From: a virus
Length of the DNA: 64,000 nucleotides
Strand: one strand, 5' to 3'
Virus record (IMG/VR): IMGVR_UViG_3300032246_001967
Coordinates: 32,001 to 96,000 of that record
Numbering within the stretch: position 1 is the first letter of the stretch; the number at the start of each line of letters is the position of its first letter. This document shows, in pieces, positions 40,601 to 49,438 of the stretch. The notes below the pieces were generated by a model that did no database searches, was not told where the DNA came from, and saw only the letters and a list, made by a program, of their open reading frames with translations. The translations under genes and the position numbers were made by a program.

Positions 40601-41102
40601 TATAGCAACTCAAGAAGGATATGGAAAAACATCAACTCTAGGATATAGAAATAATAATCCTGGTAATATAGTAGGATCAGGAAATGCTGGTTCTGAAACT
40701 AAAATTATAACAAGAGGTACAAAACCTGAAAAATATACCTACGCGAAATATAAAACTAAAAAAGACGGTTGGGATGCTTTAATAAATAAATTTGTTCAAA
40801 GTTGGATTAACCAAGGTAATTTATTACCTTATACTGGTTGTACTTTATATCCTGATTGTTTTAAAGATCAAGATAATACTTATTTTAAACAAAATAATAT
40901 TCCTATAATTGAAGGAACATCATATAATTATAAAGCAAAACAAACACCAACATTACGTCAATATATTTATCAATTCTGTCCTCCATCTGCTACTGGAACT
41001 GATACAACAAATGGATATATAGCTAATGTTTATAAAAGTTTAAAAAGTTTTGGATTAGATATTAAATCTATAGATGAACCTATGACTAATTATATAAAAT
41101 AA
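37680..41102 (+). CDS. Baseplate hub protein with C-terminal lysozyme-like domain
   Basis: RPMPGI, PG...LLEWG hub motifs; QEG...RNNNPGNI in C-terminal domain. Confidence 0.65.
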   Translation: MANIIGEVFDEYVKNQINERQFNLGLNLATNDDSLNQWKFNNSAWVRMVSSVDISSEKASELKLSGYEGSKLAKNFILYNGVSSVTGSNDDLYFNPSTNNSEYFINNKDFSIKNSYGFGGLNQGIRPMPGIDSVKVGYINRGFLAQVEIEITAFNREQLYILDALFMHPGYTFLLEWGHTRYIDNNSKEIIHIDPTSLITPAFSKLFQTKNINSYDILNSIKNEREVRSGNYDGQFLVVKKFKYTYQPNGTYKISITGVNQGDIIENLKINTVDAQRASSTRQKALDKQTRDKKIQELTNELNRLNGYFDKNGVINSAGKLAAADAANKIAQELTNTATSEPNLNQPSPNRSLRLYDENQVQSDNLGRNSSAVAKQTQEASIANYVLITETWKKRQLEIDSEIQNLTGENLLADNLVERYAGKSKLNKQLSFWRATCNKEKENLPDGVYGIKTQKYQPPSQNNESSGGGKQYTDYSMYYIRLGSLLNWIKNNLLLYDKTISNPYVNIDTNYNTNFCLHFPKQVSANPNICVIPVKDGNIARKTVNEVSASNSTLPVESSTISSVSNSSDIFYGALPSEFSLVTSPSSSKIIDESFLHSAHVGKLMYIDVNLDFIAATVNDNIDEDGNLSLISFLKELLKGISAALGYINNFEVIYDRENNQIKIFDNNVLKYSDLITKTVQISEFVVNGFENFNLGDSANPQYSLFGSFIESVDFTTELSNNFSNMVTVASQADTNVLGMDVTGFTRFNKGLEDRIIKTKQTIEEINNNGNGLSEEELSKLLTTAKEIVNEIWGLFNISESDIDILMSLNRDIANFYVNKAAKKGTIPSPLVIPFNLSLKMMGISGMRILERFNVDTKILPPMFDNNKYNFIVKAITHEIVNNKWNTILESQVINKDNSGDKDEPISNIQRESFQARINTGKCPSWAPKNGGTPVLLTPNQIILSSLKDSGYITTADFDSFKSSASPAVKFASIIATQEGYGKTSTLGYRNNNPGNIVGSGNAGSETKIITRGTKPEKYTYAKYKTKKDGWDALINKFVQSWINQGNLLPYTGCTLYPDCFKDQDNTYFKQNNIPIIEGTSYNYKAKQTPTLRQYIYQFCPPSATGTDTTNGYIANVYKSLKSFGLDIKSIDEPMTNYIK

Positions 41103-41707
41103 TGTACTTTCCAAAGAATAAAATAAAAACAGGATTATATGCTAATAAGGGAGAATTTGTTTATTTAGACAATTTTGTACCTTATAATGGTTTTTACTAC
41201 TCTTTATATAATGGTAAATTTTTTGAAGGTAAATCACCAACCAAAAACAATAAAGAAATCATTCCAGCTTCAAAAATAGACCAAAATAATAATATAAGTA
41301 CTTTAGGTACCGAACAATCATCTCCAGGATATTCAGAAACAACTAATACCGCGTTTATTATTCCAACAGGTGAAACACAAATTGTACCTGTATTCTATTA
41401 CCCTCAACCAACAGAACAAGACTATCAAACAGGACAATTTCTAAGATACTTTTGTAAAAAAACAAATGAACCTAAATTTTTAGAAATAAATAAAACAGAT
41501 TATGATAGTTTAACAAATAAAGATCCAAAATATGTTTATTCATTGTATCAACCTTTTTATTTATTTTGGTATATAACAGGAACAAATAGAAAAGAAACTG
41601 CTACTATAAATAAAAGAGTTACTTTACGTTATGAAAAACTTTTACAACTGCCTGGTTTAGATAAATTTATAGAATCTATAGGTGGTTATGACAAATTTTA
41701 TAAATAG
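41102..41707 (+). CDS. Baseplate-region protein
   Basis: P.PT..DY..G.F.RYF.KK motif; coupled to hub gene. Confidence 0.5.
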   Translation: MYFPKNKIKTGLYANKGEFVYLDNFVPYNGFYYSLYNGKFFEGKSPTKNNKEIIPASKIDQNNNISTLGTEQSSPGYSETTNTAFIIPTGETQIVPVFYYPQPTEQDYQTGQFLRYFCKKTNEPKFLEINKTDYDSLTNKDPKYVYSLYQPFYLFWYITGTNRKETATINKRVTLRYEKLLQLPGLDKFIESIGGYDKFYK

Positions 41708-41708
41708 T

Positions 41709-41737
41709 TTGGTTTTGTAAACCTATTATGCTATATT
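41709..41737 (+). promoter_or_regulatory. Early/middle promoter TTGG-N19-TATATT
   Basis: TTGG 41709-41712, TATATT 41732-41737. Confidence 0.7.
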
Positions 41738-41755
41738 AATAGTATAATTAAGGTT

Positions 41756-43042
41756 ATGTTTTGGTTAATTGAGAAGGAAGAACACCTAGAATATTTACAA
41801 CAAAAAATCATCAAAGATGCTTTTGTTGAAATTATTCCTTACCATGATTATATTCATCCGGTTTTAAATGATGTGTCTCTAGTGTATATTAGACCGTTTA
41901 ATGACACTAAAGGTTATATGTTATGTATTGACCATAGTGAGACTGACTCGCTTAATAAAACGGTTATAGGCGATATACTACAAAGTATAGAGCGTGTGTG
42001 GGTGCAAGATAAAAAACAATCATTGTATTACTTTCCATTAAAATGCTTGCATGACCTATCCATAATCTCTCCTCCGTATATACAAAATACAAAAACACAC
42101 AATTATTTTTATTCAAAATATCCAAATTACGAAAAAATCAATAAGCTTGTTCCGGTAAGCAAGCATTATGAAAAATGTGAGCATATTTATAATCACGTTC
42201 GTAGTGTTATACCTAAAGAGCTACCACCATATTTTGATTTTTATAATAATAAGGTAGCGTTAGCATTTTTTGGAATAGAAAAGAACGGTATTAAAATAAA
42301 TAAATATGAACTTGATAAACACTATGAACTCAATCACGAATTTTATTCAATCAAAGGCGATCGCATTTTCACAAGTTACAATTTGGCTACAACAACACGT
42401 AGACCAAGTAACTCTTTTAATGGCATTAATTTTGCAGCACTAAACAAAGACAATGGCGCAAGGAGGAGCTTCATATCGAGTCATGGTTTCTTGGAGTACG
42501 ATATTAGTGCATACCATCCTCATCTTGTTTCTCGTATGGTTTCCTTTGATTTCGGCGATGATGATGTCCACCAAACGTTTTCCGAACTCTACGGTACGAG
42601 TTACCAAGAAGCCAAAGAGATTACTTTCCGTCAACTTTATGGAGGAGTACAGGACGACTATAGGGAAATACCCTTTTTTATACAAGTAGAAAAATTTGTA
42701 AAAGAAAATTGGGAATCCTTTAATAATTCAGGTCAAGTAACAGTCCCAATTTCAGGATATATCTTTGAAAAAGATAAACTGGAAAATATGAACCCACAAA
42801 AACTGTTTAACTATATGTTACAGAATGTGGAATCAGCAGTTAATGCTTATATATTAATGGATATACATAAGTTGTTACGTGGGAGAAAGACAAAAATTGT
42901 ACTTTACACTTATGATTCTTTTTTGTTTGCGCTTGGAGAAGGTGAAGAAGATATTGAACTTGAGATAAATAAAATATTTAAAAAATATAAATTAACAACT
43001 AAAACTAAAAAGGGTTATGACTACGATTTTGCGAAGAAATAA
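41756..43042 (+). CDS. Short family A DNA polymerase-like protein
   Basis: TTTRRPS (TGRLS-like), motif A EYDISAYHP, motif B AKEITFRQLYG, NY..Q, motif C YTYDS. Confidence 0.75.
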   Translation: MFWLIEKEEHLEYLQQKIIKDAFVEIIPYHDYIHPVLNDVSLVYIRPFNDTKGYMLCIDHSETDSLNKTVIGDILQSIERVWVQDKKQSLYYFPLKCLHDLSIISPPYIQNTKTHNYFYSKYPNYEKINKLVPVSKHYEKCEHIYNHVRSVIPKELPPYFDFYNNKVALAFFGIEKNGIKINKYELDKHYELNHEFYSIKGDRIFTSYNLATTTRRPSNSFNGINFAALNKDNGARRSFISSHGFLEYDISAYHPHLVSRMVSFDFGDDDVHQTFSELYGTSYQEAKEITFRQLYGGVQDDYREIPFFIQVEKFVKENWESFNNSGQVTVPISGYIFEKDKLENMNPQKLFNYMLQNVESAVNAYILMDIHKLLRGRKTKIVLYTYDSFLFALGEGEEDIELEINKIFKKYKLTTKTKKGYDYDFAKK

Positions 43043-43076
43043 ATTCTTTTGTACATTGTAGAATATTTATAGTTAT

Positions 43077-43727
43077 ATGAAAATTTGCTGTGAATGTAAA
43101 GTGGAAAAAGATTTAATTTATTTTAATAAAAATAAAAATCTTAAAGATGGTTTAAACAATAGATGTAAAACTTGTTGTAGTAATAGAAATAAAAATAGAT
43201 ACCAAAATAAAAAAGAAATTATAAAACAACAAACTAATTTATATTACCATAATAATAAAGAAACAATATCAGAAAAAAACAAAACTAAACCATCATACCA
43301 TAAAAACAATCCAGAATATTATTCAGAATATAGAAAAAATAATATTGAAAAACAAAGACAATATTATAAACAATGGAGAGAAAAAAATACTAACATTTAT
43401 AGATTAAGAATTCAAATTTGGTGGTGGATACAAAAAAGAGGAATAGAAAAAGAAGCTAAAACAGAAAAAATATTAGGATATAATTTTAAAGAATTTAAAG
43501 AAAAAATAGGTGTACCTAAATTTAACCAACAGTTAGACCATAAAATTCCTTTAAGTTGGTTTAAAAATGAAACTCCTATAAATATACTTTTTAATTTAGA
43601 AAATCTTCATTATATTGATGAAAATATAAACAAAACAAAATCAAACTCATATTGTGATAAAGTAAATGATGATTATAAAAAAATTATTATAAAATATATA
43701 AAAGATAAATATAAAAATAAGTTATGA
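43077..43727 (+). CDS. HNH homing endonuclease with N-terminal Zn ribbon
   Basis: CxxC...CxxC; LDHKIPLS...NL......N..KSN. Confidence 0.8.
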   Translation: MKICCECKVEKDLIYFNKNKNLKDGLNNRCKTCCSNRNKNRYQNKKEIIKQQTNLYYHNNKETISEKNKTKPSYHKNNPEYYSEYRKNNIEKQRQYYKQWREKNTNIYRLRIQIWWWIQKRGIEKEAKTEKILGYNFKEFKEKIGVPKFNQQLDHKIPLSWFKNETPINILFNLENLHYIDENINKTKSNSYCDKVNDDYKKIIIKYIKDKYKNKL

Positions 43728-44197
43728 AAAATATAAATTATGAAGAAACTATTAATATGTATGATGTAGACAATCGATATGATTTCGATATTTATACACA
43801 TTTAGATATGCTCAACAATAAACTGTTTTGTACTTTTACAACCTTAGAAGAACTTGATGATTTAGTTAATGGAATAACTAAAGCGTACTCTATTATGTAC
43901 AATAAGATGTTTGTCTTGTATGTAAAGAGTACAGATGAGTATGTAGTTACCTATAATGTAGAACAAGGTAACGTTGAGGCGATTCCTGTAAATACTATTT
44001 TAGTACATAGAAAAAAAGAAACTAATACGCTTTATACTATTAATGCGTTGAATGATCTAATAAAAAAATTAAACGGTGGTGTAGTTGATCCTTCCTACCG
44101 TGTGAATTGGCAACATTATAAAAACTGTATTTTGTTGACCAACCATAATGAGTTAAAACAATTGAATACAAAAGTATTTAAGATTGTTGAACTTTAG
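43724..44197 (+). CDS. Conserved hypothetical protein
   Basis: NNKLFCTF...HRKKETNTLYTINALN; true start may be a later Met. Confidence 0.55.
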   Translation: MKNINYEETINMYDVDNRYDFDIYTHLDMLNNKLFCTFTTLEELDDLVNGITKAYSIMYNKMFVLYVKSTDEYVVTYNVEQGNVEAIPVNTILVHRKKETNTLYTINALNDLIKKLNGGVVDPSYRVNWQHYKNCILLTNHNELKQLNTKVFKIVEL

Positions 44198-44198
44198 T

Positions 44199-44227
44199 TT
44201 GGTTATATAACCACTCGTTCTTATATT
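44199..44227 (+). promoter_or_regulatory. Early/middle promoter TTGG-N19-TATATT
   Basis: TTGG 44199-44202, TATATT 44222-44227. Confidence 0.7.
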
Positions 44228-44255
44228 TCCTATAATAAACTAATTAATTAAAATC

Positions 44256-45095
44256 ATGGACATATCAGCTATTAAACAACGACTAAATGCTTTACAGTCG
44301 ACTAACAACACAAGCAAGAGAGAAAAAATTGATTACTCAAAAGTTTACTGGAAACCAAAAGAAGAAGGCAAGTACCAAATTCGTATTGTGCCATCTAAAT
44401 TGGACCCTAAAAACCCATTTCAGGAGGTTTTTGTACACTATGGGTTCGGAAAATTTCCTATTTTTGCTTTAACTAACTGGGGTGAAAAAGACCCAATCGT
44501 AGAATTTGCTTCTCAATTGAGAAAAACTAATGACAAAGAAAATTGGTCATTGGCTAAAAAATTGGACCCAAAATTGAGGGTTTATGCTCCTGTTATTGTT
44601 AGAGGTGAAGAAGAAAAAGGTGTTCGCCTTTGGGAATTTGGTAAAGAAATTTACTTGCAACTTCTAGGTATCGCTGAGGATGAAGATTATGGTGATTACA
44701 CAGACATCAATGAAGGTAGAGACTTTACAGTAGACGCTGTTAAAGGTGATGTAGGTGGTCGTCAAGGAATCAAATGCTCAATCAGAATTAAACCTAAAAC
44801 AACTGCTTTGAGTGCTGACGCTTCTCAAGTTCAAAAATTTCTTTCAGAACAACCAAGTATTTTAGAAATTCAAAGAAAAATGGATTTTGATGCTTTGAAA
44901 GAAGTATTGCAAAATTGGTTGTCACCTGAAGATGCTGGTGATGATGTTGAAGAAGTAGAAGATGAGGTAATTGAAGCTCAAGCTCCAACAAAAGCTTATG
45001 CTTTGAAAACACCTATGGCTCCTAAAGCCAACAAAGCAGATCAATTCGATTCATTGTTTATTGATGAAGACGAAGACAACGATCTACCTTTCTAA
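44256..45095 (+). CDS. ssDNA-binding protein (gp32-like)
   Basis: WKP...IRIVP, V.LWEFGK, D..EGRDF; acidic tail ending DLPF. Confidence 0.85.
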   Translation: MDISAIKQRLNALQSTNNTSKREKIDYSKVYWKPKEEGKYQIRIVPSKLDPKNPFQEVFVHYGFGKFPIFALTNWGEKDPIVEFASQLRKTNDKENWSLAKKLDPKLRVYAPVIVRGEEEKGVRLWEFGKEIYLQLLGIAEDEDYGDYTDINEGRDFTVDAVKGDVGGRQGIKCSIRIKPKTTALSADASQVQKFLSEQPSILEIQRKMDFDALKEVLQNWLSPEDAGDDVEEVEDEVIEAQAPTKAYALKTPMAPKANKADQFDSLFIDEDEDNDLPF

Positions 45096-45114
45096 TTAAA
45101 AATTAAAGTTATTT

Positions 45115-46209
45115 ATGCCAAGACCTAAAAAAAGCGAATCGCTAACGGAAGCCGTATCCGCGGAAATTAAATCTAATTTCAGCCTTGATAAATTCAAGGA
45201 AAAGAAATTGCTAAATGGAACAGTTAAGTTCAAAGAACAAAGATGGATTCCATTCTCAAAAGCTCTACAAGATTCAATTTCTGTAGCCGGTGCTCCAATG
45301 GGTCACATTACTTTATTAAGAGGACACAGTAATACAGGTAAGACTACAGCATTACTTGAGTTAGCAATTAGCGCTCAAAAAATGAATATCTTACCTGTAT
45401 TCATTATTACAGAAATGAAATGGTCATGGGAACACGCTCGTACAATGGGTTTCCAACTTGATGATGTAGTTGATGAAACTACAGGAGAAGTAGTTGACCA
45501 TACTGGGTTCTTTATTTATCGTGATAGGACAACATTGGGTACTATCGAGGATGTAGCTGATTTTGTTTTAGATTTGCTAGACGAACAGAAAAAAGGTAAT
45601 TTACCTTACGATTTATGCTTCTTCTGGGATTCAATTGGTTCAATACCATGTAAAATGAGTGTTGAAGCTAATAAAAACAATCCTATGTGGAATGCAGGCG
45701 CTATGTCACAACAATTTGGAAATTTTGTTAACCAACGTTTCCCATTGTCTAGAAAAGAAAATTCACCATACACCAACACAATGGTAGCTATTAATAAAAT
45801 CTGGGTTGCTCCAGCTGAAAATATTATGGCTCAACCTAAAATGAAGATGAAAAATGGTGAAACTATGTTTTTGGATGCTTCAATTGTATTAACTTTTGGT
45901 AATATTACTAATAGTGGTACAAGTAAAATTAAAGCAACTAAAGACGGTAAAGAAGTAGAATTTGCTGTAAGAACGAAAGTATCATGTGATAAAAATCACG
46001 TAACAGGACTACAAACTAAAAGTACAGTTGTAGCAACTATTCATGGTTTTATTTCAGATGATAAAAAAGACATCGATACTTACAAGAAAGCACATTCTAG
46101 TGAGTGGAAAAACATCTTAGGAGATGGTAGCTTTGATATTATTGAAGATACCTCAGATTGGGATGAATCATCAAAAGATATTCCTTTGAATTTGATTGAT
46201 GAAGAATAA
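45115..46209 (+). CDS. RecA/UvsX-like recombinase
   Basis: GHSNTGKTT Walker A, TE, WDSIG Walker B, KNH. Confidence 0.85.
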   Translation: MPRPKKSESLTEAVSAEIKSNFSLDKFKEKKLLNGTVKFKEQRWIPFSKALQDSISVAGAPMGHITLLRGHSNTGKTTALLELAISAQKMNILPVFIITEMKWSWEHARTMGFQLDDVVDETTGEVVDHTGFFIYRDRTTLGTIEDVADFVLDLLDEQKKGNLPYDLCFFWDSIGSIPCKMSVEANKNNPMWNAGAMSQQFGNFVNQRFPLSRKENSPYTNTMVAINKIWVAPAENIMAQPKMKMKNGETMFLDASIVLTFGNITNSGTSKIKATKDGKEVEFAVRTKVSCDKNHVTGLQTKSTVVATIHGFISDDKKDIDTYKKAHSSEWKNILGDGSFDIIEDTSDWDESSKDIPLNLIDEE

Positions 46210-46211
46210 GC

Positions 46212-46242
46212 TTGGCCTATTCGAAAAAATTTGTTATATTTG
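46212..46242 (+). promoter_or_regulatory. Early/middle promoter TTGG-N19-TATATTTG
   Basis: Downstream box is a perfect Bacteroidota TAnnTTTG. Confidence 0.75.
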
Positions 46243-46248
46243 AATAAC

Positions 46249-47286
46249 ATGAAGAAAAATGATCTATTAAACCTTCTAGGTAAGGTAACCAAAGAAGAAG
46301 AAATAATCACAAACCCATATGAGCGTGTATTGCTTATTGATGGTTTGAATTTATTTTTTAGAAACTTTGCAATGATGAAAATGGTTAACCAAGACGGTGC
46401 TCATATTGGTGGCCTAGGAGGTTTTTTAAGATCGTTAAATTATCTAATTAACCAACTTCAACCAACTTCAGTCTATGTTGTGTTTGATGGTGCTGGTTCA
46501 TCTACTAATCGGAAAAATTTATTGTCTGAATATAAATCAGGTAGAAATTTAGTTAGGATTACTAATTGGGATATTTTTGATTCGTTAGAAGAAGAACATG
46601 ATTCTAAAATTAACCAAACAGTTAGATTAATTCATTATCTAAAATGTTTGCCTGTTAAAACAATTAGTATGAATAAGGTAGAAGCCGATGATATTATCGC
46701 CTATCTAAGTAATACATTGTCTAATAAACATGATTCTAAGGTTTTCATAGTATCTAACGACCAAGACTTTATTCAATTAGTAAACGATAAAATAACAGTA
46801 TATAGACCAGCTGAAAAAGAATTTTACACTAAAGATATGGTTAAAAATAACTATGGTGTATTATCTGAAAATTTTATTCTATATAAAACATTATTAGGAG
46901 ATCAATCAGATAAAGTAGGAGGTATTAAAGGTTTAGGTAAAAAAGGTATTATTAAAAAATTCCCTGAATTGCTTGAACGTCCTTTAACTTTTGATGAACT
47001 AATGGATATAGCAGAGGCTAAACTTAAAGAGCATGTTATTTACGCTAGAATACTCCAAGATGAAGATAGACTGAAGAATAATTTCAAAATTATGGATTTA
47101 GGTAAACCACTTGTTGATGAAGTTGAAAAACAATATATAGAAGAGTTTACACAAGAATCCGCTCCAGCTTTGAATACCAAAGCATTTATGTTACTTTATA
47201 ATGAAGATGGGTTAGGTAGACTAATGAAAGACCCAGAATTAACAATTAACAACACATTTAAAGTATTAAACAGTTTTAAAAAATAA
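46249..47286 (+). CDS. 5'-3' exonuclease/RNase H (FEN-like)
   Basis: LIDG.N, VFDG, YK..R, EADDII, S.DQD..QL, GD.SD...GIKGLG. Confidence 0.92.
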   Translation: MKKNDLLNLLGKVTKEEEIITNPYERVLLIDGLNLFFRNFAMMKMVNQDGAHIGGLGGFLRSLNYLINQLQPTSVYVVFDGAGSSTNRKNLLSEYKSGRNLVRITNWDIFDSLEEEHDSKINQTVRLIHYLKCLPVKTISMNKVEADDIIAYLSNTLSNKHDSKVFIVSNDQDFIQLVNDKITVYRPAEKEFYTKDMVKNNYGVLSENFILYKTLLGDQSDKVGGIKGLGKKGIIKKFPELLERPLTFDELMDIAEAKLKEHVIYARILQDEDRLKNNFKIMDLGKPLVDEVEKQYIEEFTQESAPALNTKAFMLLYNEDGLGRLMKDPELTINNTFKVLNSFKK

Positions 47287-47323
47287 GTTAATTTTTATAA
47301 TTTTAAGCATATTTGTTATTGTA

Positions 47324-48037
47324 ATGAATTATCAAAAAATTTATGATCAAATAACAGAAAGAGCTAAAATAAGAAAATTAGAAGGTTACAAAGAAAAACA
47401 TCATATTATACCAAAATGTTTAGGTGGTTCAAATGATAAAGAAAATTTAGTTGAATTAACAGCTAGAGAACATTTTTTATGTCATAAATTGCTTTGCAAA
47501 ATTTATCCTAATGAAACTAAATTATGGTATGCTTTATGGTTAATGGCTATTGGAAAAAATAGACAAAGTAATCTTTCATCTTACAAAATTTCTAGTAGAA
47601 GTTATGAGCAAACTAAATTAGAGTTTATTGAAAAAATAAAAGGTAGAAAAATGTCTTTAAAAACTAAAGAAAAAATAAAAAACACTAAACATAATATAGA
47701 TATGTCTGATTTTTATACTCCAGAAGTAAGAAAAAAGATGTCTGAAACTAAAAAAGGTAAAAAAATTCATACCGATGAATCTAAACAAAAAATAAGTAAA
47801 TCTAAAAAAGGAAAAACTAGAAATATTATGTGGGGAAATAAAATAAGTGAGTCTAAAAAAGGTAAATCTAAAAAAGGTAAATCTATAATTCAAATAGATC
47901 CTGTAACTAAAGAAGTTATAAATATTTTTTCTTCTATTAATGAAGCAATACAAAAAACAGGAATAAAAAGTATTTCTAGTAATTTAATAGGAAAAACAAA
48001 AACTTCAGGGGGCTATATTTGGCAATATAAAAAATAA
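47324..48037 (+). CDS. HNH homing endonuclease with NUMOD repeats
   Basis: EKHHIIPKCLGGSN..NLV.LTAREHF.CH; K-rich repeats; ends GGYIW. Confidence 0.88.
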   Translation: MNYQKIYDQITERAKIRKLEGYKEKHHIIPKCLGGSNDKENLVELTAREHFLCHKLLCKIYPNETKLWYALWLMAIGKNRQSNLSSYKISSRSYEQTKLEFIEKIKGRKMSLKTKEKIKNTKHNIDMSDFYTPEVRKKMSETKKGKKIHTDESKQKISKSKKGKTRNIMWGNKISESKKGKSKKGKSIIQIDPVTKEVINIFSSINEAIQKTGIKSISSNLIGKTKTSGGYIWQYKK

Positions 48038-48047
48038 TAATTATATT
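48019..48047 (+). promoter_or_regulatory. Early/middle promoter starting inside the endonuclease 3' end
   Basis: TTGG 48019-48022 (Ile-Trp codons), TATATT 48042-48047. Confidence 0.65.
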
Positions 48048-48060
48048 AAAAATAAAAGTT

Positions 48061-49422
48061 ATGACACTCAATTCATTAAATGCCTACGGGCCATCATTTC
48101 AAATAAAAGTAATATCTGCTTTATTAACTCATAAAGAATTCTTACTTAATATACAAGACGTATTGAGTGAAGAATATTTTGATAATAATGCTCAAAAATG
48201 GATTATTAAAGAAATTTTAAAATATTATCAAAAATATCATTGTACTGTTTCAATGGATGTTCTTAAAGTAGAACTGAAAAAAATTGATAATGAGGTGTTA
48301 CAAGTTTCTATTAAAGAACAATTAAGAGAAGCATATAAAGCCTCAGACGAAGATTTAAAGTATGTTGAGGAAGAATTTTCTGGTTTTTGTAAAAACCAAC
48401 AGTTGAAAAAAGCACTATTAACAAGTGTAGATTTCTTAAATGCGGGTGATTATGACTCAATTAGATTTATGATTGACAGTGCTTTAAAAGCAGGTGGTGA
48501 TAAAAATATGGGTCATGAATATAATAAAGATGTTGAATCAAGATATAGAGAAGATCACAGAACAGTTGTACCTACTCCTTGGATTGAATTTAATGAATTG
48601 TTACAAGGTGGTTTAGGTAATGGTGATTTTGGATTAATATTTGGTAATCCAGGTGGTGGTAAATCTTGGTCATTAGTTGCTTTAGGTGGACACGCTGTTA
48701 AATTAGGTTACAATGTACTGCATTATACTCTAGAATTAGGTTCAGATTATGTAGGACGAAGATATGACGCCTTTTTTACAGGTGTAGGAGTTCAAAATAT
48801 TACTAAACATCAAGCTCAAGTTGAAGAAGTAGTTGAACAATTACCAGGACAATTGATTATTAAAGAATATCCAACAGGTAAAGCATCTATTTCAACTATT
48901 GAATCGCATGTTAAAAAATGTATGGACTTAGATTTCAAACCAGATTTGATTATTATTGACTATGTAGATCTTCTTCGCTCAAAAAGAAATAATCGTGAGC
49001 GTAAGGACGAAATAGATGATATTTATATTAGCACTAAGGGACTTGCTAGAGAATTAAACTTACCTATTTGGAGTGTATCTCAAGTAAACAGAGCAGGTGC
49101 AAAAGATGACATTATTGAAGGTGATAAAGCTGCTGGTAGCTATGATAAAATGATGGTTACTGATGTAGCAATATCCTTATCAAGAAAACGTCAAGATAAA
49201 GTAAATGGGACAGGAAGATTTCATATTATGAAAAACAGATACGGAATGGACGGTATGACATTCTCGGTTAAAGCTGACACATCTAATGGTCACTTTGAAG
49301 TCTCTGCCCAACTTGAGGACGATGAAGATTCTACTCCTGCTCAAAGTAATAGTTTTGGTAACATTGATGCTGTAGATAAAGCCCTTATTAAACAAAGATT
49401 TTTCGAACTACAAACAAATTAA
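48061..49422 (+). CDS. Replicative DnaB-like helicase (gp41-like)
   Basis: GNPGGGKS, TLE, IIIDYVDLL, SQVNR, KNRYG. Confidence 0.93.
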   Translation: MTLNSLNAYGPSFQIKVISALLTHKEFLLNIQDVLSEEYFDNNAQKWIIKEILKYYQKYHCTVSMDVLKVELKKIDNEVLQVSIKEQLREAYKASDEDLKYVEEEFSGFCKNQQLKKALLTSVDFLNAGDYDSIRFMIDSALKAGGDKNMGHEYNKDVESRYREDHRTVVPTPWIEFNELLQGGLGNGDFGLIFGNPGGGKSWSLVALGGHAVKLGYNVLHYTLELGSDYVGRRYDAFFTGVGVQNITKHQAQVEEVVEQLPGQLIIKEYPTGKASISTIESHVKKCMDLDFKPDLIIIDYVDLLRSKRNNRERKDEIDDIYISTKGLARELNLPIWSVSQVNRAGAKDDIIEGDKAAGSYDKMMVTDVAISLSRKRQDKVNGTGRFHIMKNRYGMDGMTFSVKADTSNGHFEVSAQLEDDEDSTPAQSNSFGNIDAVDKALIKQRFFELQTN

Positions 49423-49438
49423 ATTATTAAAAAAACAA

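Noticed and set aside
29657-44472. Alternative-frame + ORFs at 29657, 42453 and 44287
   Set aside because: Nested inside sheath, PolA-like and SSB genes, with no start context or motifs.
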